Below, one piece after another: positions 1-8,496 of a stretch of 64,000 nt of DNA. Position numbers and translations under genes: made by a program. The stretch is from IMG/VR virus record IMGVR_UViG_3300045988_184146. One strand, 5' to 3'. Numbering within the stretch: the first letter of the stretch is position 1; every line of letters begins with the position of its first letter. This stretch comes from a virus. The notes below the pieces were generated by a model. The model was given only the letters and a program-made list of their open reading frames with translations, had not been told where the DNA came from and made no database searches.

Positions 1-178
1 GGGTTACACGGGAAGTTAAGCTTGTGGACTGTTATATCAAATGAGAGTAGACTTTATATTTCAAAGTATAAAGACAAAATCAGACAGGTTGAAGCAAGAA
101 GAATTTTTAAAAATAATTTAGAAAGGATCGTAAAATATACATTTTGGTATATTTTATGTAACAGTTTTATATTCTCTA

Positions 179-1003
179 ATGAAAAAATTTTTAAAACGAC
201 TATTATTCGTTGTGGTTATTCTTGGAGTTTTTTCCGGTCTGGGATGGTACTCTTATAAAAGTGGTTGGCTAGAGAAAAAATTATCCACTACTTCGGTTCC
301 TTTTGAATTTTTCAGGACTGATAATAACAAATCAATCAATGAAATGACGGTTAAAAACGAAGGGAATCGTTCAGCAGAGACTCTTAAAAAGGAACTCTAT
401 GGATTAACATCAATATTCAATTCTGATACTGTAACAAAACCAGACATCAGCTCTACACCTTTGACAGATTCAGGAAAGGAAGAGTTAAATAAAATTCTAG
501 AGCCTATTTATGGTGTAGAGAATCAATTCGTAGGTGAATCTCACGTAACAGGATTTGTTCAAGACAAGGACGGTTGGAATCCAATCGTCACCTTTAGTGT
601 TTTTAATGATACATCATCAATTCAGAATATTAGTTATAAACTTGTTAAAGCAGATGGTGTTTGGAGCTTATCGGATAAGATTTCTGAAACAACAGATGAG
701 TTTGCATATTCGGAATTACCAGATGATTTTAGCGTGACTTATTTGGATCAGATCATCGCTCAAGATGATAAGTTTTATAAAAATAAACAGTGGCAAAATC
801 TCACATCAACAGTTCCAGAAGAGGTTACTGAATTACTTTCAAAAAACTATCCAAATACAACTTCAAGAGTTGTCTATTTCGATTCAACAGCAATGGTTAA
901 AATTTACCACGCTGTAAGCACTCCTGAGAAGATTAAGTTTATTGTTAGAACTCAATCACTAGACAGTGCAAACTCTTCAGTTTATTCTTTGAATATTGAA
1001 TAA
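179..1003 (+). CDS. hypothetical membrane-anchored/secreted protein (N-terminal hydrophobic signal-anchor LLFVVVILGVFSGLGWY)
   Basis: 274-aa ORF with N-terminal TM/signal segment; no obvious SD upstream; no recognisable catalytic motifs. Confidence 0.55.
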   Translation: MKKFLKRLLFVVVILGVFSGLGWYSYKSGWLEKKLSTTSVPFEFFRTDNNKSINEMTVKNEGNRSAETLKKELYGLTSIFNSDTVTKPDISSTPLTDSGKEELNKILEPIYGVENQFVGESHVTGFVQDKDGWNPIVTFSVFNDTSSIQNISYKLVKADGVWSLSDKISETTDEFAYSELPDDFSVTYLDQIIAQDDKFYKNKQWQNLTSTVPEEVTELLSKNYPNTTSRVVYFDSTAMVKIYHAVSTPEKIKFIVRTQSLDSANSSVYSLNIE

Positions 1004-1026
1004 TTATTAAAATTAAAATCTAATTG

Positions 1027-1055
1027 TTGACAAAAATATTTTTTTCAACTATAAT
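1027..1055 (+). promoter_or_regulatory. consensus sigma70-type promoter TTGACA-17 bp-TATAAT
   Basis: perfect -35/-10 hexamers with 17-bp spacer; near-identical second copy at 17132. Confidence 0.6.
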
Positions 1056-1061
1056 AATAGT

Positions 1062-1218
1062 AGCGATAAAACGCCCTTCGCTACAAAAAATTCAAAAAGG
1101 GTTTTTGTCTTTCTAGCAACATACTGCGATGACTTCAACCATCGTCGCACGTCTCTTGCATTCACACTGAGGGGATTGTGCAAACGATCCCTTCTTTTAA
1201 TTAAGAATCGAGGTATTT
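1062..1218 (+). ncRNA. structured 5' leader RNA (copy A of a two-copy element): 5' hairpin AGCGA..UCGCU, middle hairpin GCGAUGA..UCGUCGC, attenuator hairpin GGGAU..AUCCC + U-run, upstream of CDS 1223..1999
   Basis: first 45 nt identical to element at 17167; middle hairpin covaries with copy B; terminator-like hairpin lies between promoter and start codon. Confidence 0.4.
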
Positions 1219-1222
1219 TTTT

Positions 1223-1999
1223 ATGAAACAAGTCCTAAAACGATTACAGGATGGAATTGACAATGGGTCAATCAGTATTGATAAGGCTCGCTCACAATTG
1301 GGGCCAACAAGTGTTTATTTTGACACTTGCGATTTGAAACTTTACACAAAACTAAAAAAATCAATTGATAAAAATGTTGGTTATAACCACTTATTCTTGT
1401 TTGATCAAGATGTTAAAGAAAAGATTCCGGTTGATGTTTATAAGGATTACATCAAAAAGGCTTGCGACCATATCGAAGCGCTTTTGCACGATAACCCTAA
1501 AATGGGTCAGCGAATCGAGCTTGTGAAGAAAAATTGGCTTAGTTTAACAATCATCACATCTTCAATTGACGAAGAGTTCGAGTTGTTCAAATCTATTCGT
1601 GCTTCCTATTCAGATATCGAATTTAACGCAACCTTTGGTCAACGATACGAAGAAGATTTTAAAAACTACATTTACAAAGAACTTCGCTCAGAAGCCAATT
1701 CCAAAAAGGATTCTTCAGATCTTGGAAGTGCAACTAACTTCCTTTATAAAACAAACATCGTAAAATTCTTTGGCGGTGAAATTGCAGCAGAATTACTTTG
1801 CTCGCTAACCGGAAAATCACGTGAACGTTACGTTCTACAAGGTAAGATTACATCGGATTTTCTCAGAAGCCCTCACACAGTAGCGGATTTCTTCTCTTTG
1901 GAACAAATCAAAAAAATCGAATCTAACTTAGAGGAATATAGTATCTGGAATAATCAAATTCTAGATTTATTGAATATTGCTAAGAAAAAGCTTAAGTAA
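1223..1999 (+). CDS. hypothetical protein (258 aa)
   Basis: clean ORF directly downstream of leader element, followed by strong terminator 2001..2037. Confidence 0.75.
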   Translation: MKQVLKRLQDGIDNGSISIDKARSQLGPTSVYFDTCDLKLYTKLKKSIDKNVGYNHLFLFDQDVKEKIPVDVYKDYIKKACDHIEALLHDNPKMGQRIELVKKNWLSLTIITSSIDEEFELFKSIRASYSDIEFNATFGQRYEEDFKNYIYKELRSEANSKKDSSDLGSATNFLYKTNIVKFFGGEIAAELLCSLTGKSRERYVLQGKITSDFLRSPHTVADFFSLEQIKKIESNLEEYSIWNNQILDLLNIAKKKLK

Positions 2000-2000
2000 T

Positions 2001-2037
2001 TAATCAGAGACTGTTTTTATTGAAGACAGTCTCTCTT
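2001..2037 (+). terminator. intrinsic terminator (AGAGACUGU..ACAGUCUCU + U-run)
   Basis: perfect 9-bp inverted repeat followed by T-run. Confidence 0.65.
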
Positions 2038-2040
2038 TTC

Positions 2041-2105
2041 TTTTATAATTTAAGAAATTTATAAAATATCTGAATTAATTTCAGAAAGGAAAGAAGGAAA
2101 TTTTA
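2041..2105 (+). promoter_or_regulatory. exemplar of the pervasive expression module: TATAATTTAAGAAA (2044..2057), 5'UTR palindrome CTGAATTAATTTCAG (2070..2084), SD AGAAAGGAAAGAAGGAAA, ATG 2106
   Basis: same architecture before at least 25 genes in window. Confidence 0.6.
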
Positions 2106-3629
2106 ATGGTAAAACAAACTAATGTTAGTTTTGAATCAAGATATTTGAGAATGCTGAACAACATTGCGAAAAAGATGGTTGATAGCGGATTTGAAATCAA
2201 AATTGATGAATCTTATTTAATAGATAATTTATCAAAAAACTCAACAAATAAAAAAAGATTATCAGTATCAATCAATCGAAATGGAGGACAGCTAATCATT
2301 TTTGGTGATGAAGGGGCAGATTTTAATAATGTAAGCTATTGTAATTTTGAAAATATTTTTACAGGGATTGTTATTAAAGATTTGAATATCGAGAAATACC
2401 TCAGAGAAGAGACTAGATATGGCAAGTTTTATGGTCACAATCTATCAAAGGTAATTGGGAAAACCCTGCTAGATGAATTATCTGATTTAAACTCAGATAA
2501 CGATTTCACAAACCATCAAACTTTGAATTTAATTGAGAATTTAACACCAGGACTTGCTTTGTTAATTTATGTTAAATTAATGGACATTGGTTCTCGTTAT
2601 AAAAATTATGATTCCCACGAGATCAAATACTACATTGATGACAAAGATGTCAACGAAGGTATTTATAGAGACCTTGATCTTTGTAAGTTCTTGCTAGAAG
2701 ATTTGGAAAATTACTTCTCGAAAGATGTTTTAGTTGATCGAGTTACGAATGCGATTTCTGAGTATATTTCTGATGATGAGGATACGTATGAGAACATAAA
2801 CTATTTCTGTATTTCAAATTCGAGATATGAAAGTGTCTTTGATACAATTGTGAAATGTTTCGGCAAAGATGTATTTGTGAGTGCTATCCAAAAATTGGTA
2901 AGTAGCAAACAGCATAATCTAAATAATTGTGAATATGATCATCTGCGTAATAGTGAATTGAAATCTCATTTTGTTTTCGCAAAATCTATTCTGAAATTTT
3001 TAAAGGATGGAGATTTCAGTGAATCACAAAAGAAAATTCTTTTTGATGAATTGATGTTTGTTTTTTTTGAAAAAGATGAACATTCAGAATACACACTTCA
3101 TCGAAAATGGCAACAGATGTTTGATGTAGCCCAAAAAAAATCTACTTTTGATTTTCGTTTAAATGATTTTAAAGAACGATTCCAAGAAGCGTTCGGTATG
3201 TTGATTGATTACCTAAAAGAAAACAGCAATACTGATAGAACTTTATTTATCAACGCTCCAACTCATAGCGGGCGTAATTTGGATATTTTAAAGCAAGAAA
3301 AAATTGATGATGAAGAGTTTGATATTTTCAATCCTTATCTGAAAAACTTTTTAAATTTCTTTGATTTTGCTACAAAAATTATCACTGACCACAAGGCGGA
3401 ATATCTTTTCAAAATAGTAACGCTATCATACAATGATGAGTTTATAACGCTAGACGAAAATGAAGATTTAAGTTCCTTGAGAAAAACAAAAGACTATCGT
3501 GAACTTCTAAATATATCTTTGAATGTTTTTAGTGAAATTTCAGACGAATTTTACGAAGGATCAAAAGAGGTCTTAAACAATCTCATCAACAGTGCAAACT
3601 ACCGATTATCTCAAATTGATTCAAAATAA
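2106..3629 (+). CDS. hypothetical protein, large acidic family (paralogue of 23705..25258; shared FGKDV(F/I)(V/I)xxI segment)
   Basis: 507-aa ORF with module upstream and terminator downstream. Confidence 0.8.
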   Translation: MVKQTNVSFESRYLRMLNNIAKKMVDSGFEIKIDESYLIDNLSKNSTNKKRLSVSINRNGGQLIIFGDEGADFNNVSYCNFENIFTGIVIKDLNIEKYLREETRYGKFYGHNLSKVIGKTLLDELSDLNSDNDFTNHQTLNLIENLTPGLALLIYVKLMDIGSRYKNYDSHEIKYYIDDKDVNEGIYRDLDLCKFLLEDLENYFSKDVLVDRVTNAISEYISDDEDTYENINYFCISNSRYESVFDTIVKCFGKDVFVSAIQKLVSSKQHNLNNCEYDHLRNSELKSHFVFAKSILKFLKDGDFSESQKKILFDELMFVFFEKDEHSEYTLHRKWQQMFDVAQKKSTFDFRLNDFKERFQEAFGMLIDYLKENSNTDRTLFINAPTHSGRNLDILKQEKIDDEEFDIFNPYLKNFLNFFDFATKIITDHKAEYLFKIVTLSYNDEFITLDENEDLSSLRKTKDYRELLNISLNVFSEISDEFYEGSKEVLNNLINSANYRLSQIDSK

Positions 3630-3766
3630 AAAAAAGACCCAAACCGGGTCTTTTATTTTTGCGTTTTTCTGTAATAAAGTTTCACTCCAATTACAAATAG
3701 CACTAATGTTAGAGTGAACACCCCCACAAAAACTGAATACATTATATTAAAAAATAAGTTTTTCAT
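3611..3766 (-). CDS. possible small ORF (51 aa, MKNLFFNIMYSVFVGGVHSNISAICNW...) behind a full promoter/hairpin/SD module
   Basis: AAGAAGGAG SD 4 nt before ATG and TATAAT module upstream. However the ORF runs through the bidirectional terminator and overlaps the 3' end of the convergent gene, so it may be an untranslated or antisense RNA instead. Confidence 0.25.
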
Positions 3767-3797
3767 TTTTCTCCTTCTTTAAAAAAGTTATTTTTTA

Positions 3798-4625
3798 TTA
3801 ATTATAATATCCAGTCAATTTTAAAATATTCTTAGGATCATCACTGATATTAGCACGACCTCGAAGATCCTGGTAGTTGGTGACAGCACCTTCTGAAATT
3901 TGAACAGGGTGTGCCACTGATATGATATCTCCAGAATATCGAACTTCTTCTAATTCTACAGGATCTGCCTTATTCACATCTACAATATTTAATTTGTAAA
4001 TCTTTCCACTTTTTTGTGCAAAATCCACAACTAAACCAAGAGCCTCTGATAACTTATCCTCTTCAGATCCGGGATTGTAGTATATTGTGATATCAAAAAA
4101 TAGACCTGATAGTTTTTCAGACAAGTTTTTGTTCTGATACTGATATAGCAAGTGTGCCTTGCCGGAATTTAAAGATAACAGTGAAATCCTAGAAGCAGAA
4201 TCCCCATTCTTAAATTGTTCAAGAATATTTTCTGTTTCTTTATCAAATTCAGATTGATTGTTTTCCAAAATCTTGATAAAATAACTCTCGTCCTGTTTCT
4301 GCTCCAGTAATGATTTGTTAAACAACAAGATAGTTTTTCCTTCATTATTGTAGTAGAATACATCGTCGGATGGGTTGGATTTGTAAGGAACTAAAGATGA
4401 ATATTTATCCTTATATTTTTTAATAAAATCAATCTGTTGCTCTTCTTTGGTGTCACTAGAGTTAGATTCTTGTTTTGCTACCAATTCTGATTTGTTCTGA
4501 TCGTTTGTGCTGACTTCCTTTTGACTTTTTTGTTGATCAGAAGTAGCGATTAAAAAACTCACAAAAAAGAAAATTAGAGCTAAAGCTAGAATACTAGCAA
4601 TTGTTTCGTTGTCATCTTTATACAT
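3798..4625 (-). CDS. hypothetical N-terminally membrane-anchored protein (paralogue of 5170..6066)
   Basis: 275-aa ORF, N-terminal TM IASILALALIFFFVSFLIA, good SD; C-terminal 200 aa alignable to 5170..6066 product. Confidence 0.8.
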   Translation of the reverse strand: MYKDDNETIASILALALIFFFVSFLIATSDQQKSQKEVSTNDQNKSELVAKQESNSSDTKEEQQIDFIKKYKDKYSSLVPYKSNPSDDVFYYNNEGKTILLFNKSLLEQKQDESYFIKILENNQSEFDKETENILEQFKNGDSASRISLLSLNSGKAHLLYQYQNKNLSEKLSGLFFDITIYYNPGSEEDKLSEALGLVVDFAQKSGKIYKLNIVDVNKADPVELEEVRYSGDIISVAHPVQISEGAVTNYQDLRGRANISDDPKNILKLTGYYN

Positions 4626-4742
4626 AATAAAACCTTCTTCCTAACAGTTATTACTGTTTATATTATTTTTCTAAATTATATAAAAACAAAAGACCCGCAA
4701 TAAAATGAGAGTCTTATTTTATTAAATTAATCGCCACCAAAA

Positions 4743-5084
4743 CTAATTAGGTCTTGAACTGTCGAAATAATCCGTTGAATGATTGTAAGTTCTATATATT
4801 TTCTCCTCCTTATCCTCGTGCTCTTTTGATTCTCCCTTACCTTTTGGTAATTCTCTGGTAAATACGTATTTGATTTTATCATAAACCGACGTATTTTCGA
4901 CACCATATTCACTAAACTTTTCTGGAATAACAAAAGTGAAGACGAATGCAACTGATAAGAAGAATATTACGTGCAAAAATATAAAAATAAAAAACAACTT
5001 CTTTTTTCTACTTTCCTTGTTAAGATTGTTCTTTCTTCTTTTATTGTTTAATGAAAACTGATTCTTTCTTTTAAAATTATTCAT
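4743..5084 (-). CDS. small basic membrane protein (113 aa)
   Basis: AGGAGG SD 6 nt upstream; Lys/Arg-rich N-terminus then TM helix. Confidence 0.6.
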   Translation of the reverse strand: MNNFKRKNQFSLNNKRRKNNLNKESRKKKLFFIFIFLHVIFFLSVAFVFTFVIPEKFSEYGVENTSVYDKIKYVFTRELPKGKGESKEHEDKEEKIYRTYNHSTDYFDSSRPN

Positions 5085-5169
5085 AATTTTCCTCCTAAAT
5101 TTTGTTAATTTTTGAAAAATTATATTAGAGAAAAAGAGCCCACTAACAAATGGACTCTTTTTCTAATGG

Positions 5170-6066
5170 CTAATCTTCATTTTTCGGAATCACGTTGTTT
5201 TGAATAAATTCTTCAAAATTAGATTTATTGAAATAATCAACCAAATCAATGATGTGATCTGGATTTTTCGTTAAACTAATTTGATGTCGATTTTCTTTGT
5301 TTTCAAACATACCATATTCGGCTGTAACACGTATAGGATAAGCCACGGCTGTAACATCTCCAGAGTAATTGATATCCTCCAAAACAACGGCATTTTCCTT
5401 GTTGACATCAATTAAATTCAAACGAAGAATATTTCCCTTATCCTTTGCCTGTTTTCTCAGGATATCCAAGGATGTTGCTAGGTTATTTATATCTGATTCT
5501 GAATTTGGATTGTAGTAAATTTTTAAAACCAGGTAATCCCCGTTCAACCAGCGCTCGTAGCCCGGATTCCCGTTGTAACGATAAATTAGGTGCGCCTTTC
5601 CACGCTCAGTAGACAACAAATCTACTTTTGCTTTTGCGTCCCCATTCTGAAATTCTTCAAAAACAGAATTACTTTCCTGATCGAAGTCTTCTTGCTTATC
5701 TGATAGGAATTTTAGGACATCTTTTTCTTTTTCCTTTATATCAGTTCCGTATAGTTCTTCTGGGACTAGATTTATATAACCATCTTTTTGATAGTAAATA
5801 ATCTTATTTATATAGTCAAAACTGTTTACTGATAATACAGAAAATTTATTTTTATTCTTTGCTACAAACTCAAGTACTTCACGTTTTTGTTGCCACAATG
5901 AAGGTTCTGAAGTTTCTCTTTCAACATAGCTTCTAACCCCGAAAGGATCGTTATTTTTCTTGTGATATTCTGAAGAAAAATGGAGATAACCAAAGAAAAG
6001 AAAAAGCAATGTTAAAAATGCGAAAAATGAATATAGCCAATCGCTATTGTTTTTGTTGTTTTCCAT
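5170..6066 (-). CDS. hypothetical N-terminally membrane-anchored protein (paralogue of 3798..4625)
   Basis: start moved to Met-32 (MENNKNNSDW) because the module hairpin CCAGTAAAAACTGG + AGAAAGAAGG lies directly upstream of that ATG. Confidence 0.8.
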   Translation of the reverse strand: MENNKNNSDWLYSFFAFLTLLFLFFGYLHFSSEYHKKNNDPFGVRSYVERETSEPSLWQQKREVLEFVAKNKNKFSVLSVNSFDYINKIIYYQKDGYINLVPEELYGTDIKEKEKDVLKFLSDKQEDFDQESNSVFEEFQNGDAKAKVDLLSTERGKAHLIYRYNGNPGYERWLNGDYLVLKIYYNPNSESDINNLATSLDILRKQAKDKGNILRLNLIDVNKENAVVLEDINYSGDVTAVAYPIRVTAEYGMFENKENRHQISLTKNPDHIIDLVDYFNKSNFEEFIQNNVIPKNED

Positions 6067-6099
6067 AACAACCTTCTTTCTACCAGTTTTTACTGGATT

Positions 6100-6150
6100 T
6101 ATATTTTTATTAATTATAATTAAAATAAAAATAAAAGAAAGAAGGTGCCT
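6100..6150. promoter_or_regulatory. divergent promoter region with palindromic -10 (TTAATTATAATTAA) apparently serving genes on both strands
   Basis: TATAAT readable on both strands; module hairpin + SD follow in each direction. Confidence 0.4.
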
Positions 6151-6152
6151 TG

Positions 6153-6743
6153 ATGGCAAAATTAAAAGAATTAGAAAAGAATATTTTCTATAAAAAGGAA
6201 CTTATCGAGACCGGGTCTCAACTAGATTTGGTTAAGTGGCGGTTTGATGAACTCGGGATGGATTTGTCTGATTTAACACGAATCGTTTACGAACATCAAC
6301 ACACATACTATTCTTTCCTTGATAAGAAAGAATGTGAGAATGCAATTCGAAAGGTTCTCAAGAAACGTGAGATCCAACAAATTCTCATTACTGCAATTAA
6401 TCTAGACGTTCTCTGTGAACAAGGATTGTTGCTGGAACCACTGCAAAGTATGGTATGGAAGGACGAGGGGACGTTCGGAGTCGATGAGGTTCTGATTCAT
6501 TCCGCACAATTGTTTGGGTCAATCGGTATCGCAAACGCCTACAATCTTGACAAAGAAAAGCCTGGAGTTATTGGTCTTACTGACAAGGTTGGTAAGAACT
6601 CCAAGTACTGCAATACGTTCTTAGATGACGCACTTTGTGTTGTCTGTGGTGCTGCAATGGGTAAGATTGCTCATTCTTACGGATTGGAAGCTCAGGAACA
6701 ACTGGCGGGTGCTCTCGATGACAACCTGCTAGACACTCTATAA
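6153..6743 (+). CDS. hypothetical protein (197 aa), GC-rich relative to surroundings (about 43% GC)
   Basis: ORF with SD AGAAAGAAGG; terminator 6751..6772. Confidence 0.75.
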   Translation: MAKLKELEKNIFYKKELIETGSQLDLVKWRFDELGMDLSDLTRIVYEHQHTYYSFLDKKECENAIRKVLKKREIQQILITAINLDVLCEQGLLLEPLQSMVWKDEGTFGVDEVLIHSAQLFGSIGIANAYNLDKEKPGVIGLTDKVGKNSKYCNTFLDDALCVVCGAAMGKIAHSYGLEAQEQLAGALDDNLLDTL

Positions 6744-6830
6744 CAATTAAAGGACTAGACAGTCCTTTTTCTGTTATAATTAAAGAAATAAATTTATCTG
6801 GAGTTATTCCAGTAGAAAGAAGGAAAGAGT

Positions 6831-8348
6831 ATGGTAATCGACACTAAATCTAACAAAACTAAAGTTAGCCCGATTAGTTACGAATTGAACTCTGTTATTT
6901 GGGCATACCTGAATAAATTGATACAGGTATTAAAAGATGATGATTGGTCAAGTTGGGGGGTTATTGTCGGTGAACGACTATGCTTTCCTGACGGTAACTT
7001 TGGTACAAATTTAGTTGGTTTCGACCTAACTAATAAAACAATAACGTTATCATCTAATGGACTTTTAGGTAAAGATGATTGCTTACTACCGGATATGAAC
7101 CTGTATAAACGATTTTGGATAAAATACAATTTTAAGACAACCTTTAAAAGTGATATTTTAAATAATCTTGGTTCCGACACATTATCTAGCAAACTCAACG
7201 TTGAGGATTTAATTGAAAAACTTTTAAATTTGATTTGCGAAGCCTATATAGACGATAAGACAATCGAGAATAGATTTGAATTTTGGAAGCAGATTTCTCT
7301 AGATCGAGATTTAAATTCTTACACTAATCTTCTTGATTATTTGAAAGATGAAAAGTTATCTAAAAATTCAGATTTGTTTTTAAAAGATCTTTTAACTAAA
7401 TATTTTGTTGAATATTCCAAAAAGAATCTTAAACTTATTAAGGATTCAGCCTACAAATTTGGATACGACCTTAAAGAATTTGAGAAAATTGTTCCTGGTA
7501 TCATCACCAAAGATTTTATCAATGATATAATGGATTACAATAACTATCAATATAATAGATTTTATCAGGATAGCTTGTCTAAGTCCGGTAAATATTCACT
7601 TAGTCTATTCAAATTCTTTTTAACAAACTATCAGTTATTTAAGGAGAGTGTTTTGAGTCGAGAGGATTCAAATTACAGAGATAATTTGATAGTATTATCC
7701 ACTATTTTATTCTTGGTGGAAGAAAATCAGTATTTTAATACAATAACATTTTCGCCTAAAATATCAGCTTTGTACCAGTCTGATACATCGGCTTATGATA
7801 TTGCAGCAAAAGACCTCCTTAATTTATTAAAGGAAGAATTTGGCACTGTAATTGTAAGAGTTGATTGCATTCGCTATCTTATTTACAGTAAGGAGATTCG
7901 TGGTATTCACTCATCTTTAGGAAAGAACGATTTTTCTATCAGAAATTTTTCATCTTTGTTGAAAAATATTCGCTCTTTAGGTAAAGATAATTTTGAGCTT
8001 GTAATGAAATACAATAATCGTATAAGTGCAATCCCAGATAACGTTTTACTGATAAGTAAACACAAAAACGTTCCAACCCTTTTGATGGAAGTTAATTATT
8101 TTAAAGAATACAAATATTCAATTAGAGAAGAATATCTGTATTACAGCAATTTAATTGATGTTGCTAAAGACACAAAAGAGTTGTTATCTGAATCATCTAA
8201 AGATAAGATTGTATTGCTGGATGATTTTCAGAAGGAGTGTGGTGAACAAATCCAGAAGATGGGATACAATCGTTTTTTAGGATTTTTTAGAAAAATCTTA
8301 TCAAAATTAAAATCAGAAAAAATAAAATCAATTTCTGATTTTCTATGA
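6831..8348 (+). CDS. hypothetical protein (505 aa), Asn/Lys/Asp-rich
   Basis: module (TATAATTAAAGAAA, hairpin CTGGAGTTATTCCAG, SD) upstream. Confidence 0.8.
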   Translation: MVIDTKSNKTKVSPISYELNSVIWAYLNKLIQVLKDDDWSSWGVIVGERLCFPDGNFGTNLVGFDLTNKTITLSSNGLLGKDDCLLPDMNLYKRFWIKYNFKTTFKSDILNNLGSDTLSSKLNVEDLIEKLLNLICEAYIDDKTIENRFEFWKQISLDRDLNSYTNLLDYLKDEKLSKNSDLFLKDLLTKYFVEYSKKNLKLIKDSAYKFGYDLKEFEKIVPGIITKDFINDIMDYNNYQYNRFYQDSLSKSGKYSLSLFKFFLTNYQLFKESVLSREDSNYRDNLIVLSTILFLVEENQYFNTITFSPKISALYQSDTSAYDIAAKDLLNLLKEEFGTVIVRVDCIRYLIYSKEIRGIHSSLGKNDFSIRNFSSLLKNIRSLGKDNFELVMKYNNRISAIPDNVLLISKHKNVPTLLMEVNYFKEYKYSIREEYLYYSNLIDVAKDTKELLSESSKDKIVLLDDFQKECGEQIQKMGYNRFLGFFRKILSKLKSEKIKSISDFL

Positions 8349-8496
8349 TTTTTTTGTTAGATCTTTTAATAAAATTTATAAAAAGGGTATCTAAAAGACG
8401 CTCTTTTTATTTTTTATTACAATATATATAAAAATATATATTAAAAAGTTATATAATACAAAGGAGTAAAGAAAAAAAATACGGGGGAAATGTTTT

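Noticed and set aside
22-258. 78-aa ORF at window start, plus many 60-130-aa ORFs nested or antisense within larger genes (e.g. 555..737, 1566..1763, 6878..7198, 10037..10280, 11481..11873, 12195..12455, 13745..14060, 15649..16150, 19743..19964)
   Set aside because: These overlap longer ORFs that have SDs and domain signatures. Several are low-complexity read-throughs of the PK repeat DNA on the opposite strand or in another frame, and none has a ribosome-binding site.
3611-3766. Initial impression that the small ORF encodes a hydrophobic membrane peptide
   Set aside because: Careful reverse-complement translation gives MKNLFFNIMYSVFVGGVHSNISAICNWSETLLQKNAKIKDPVGSFFYFESI, which is not a TM peptide. 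It is kept only as a low-confidence ORF.
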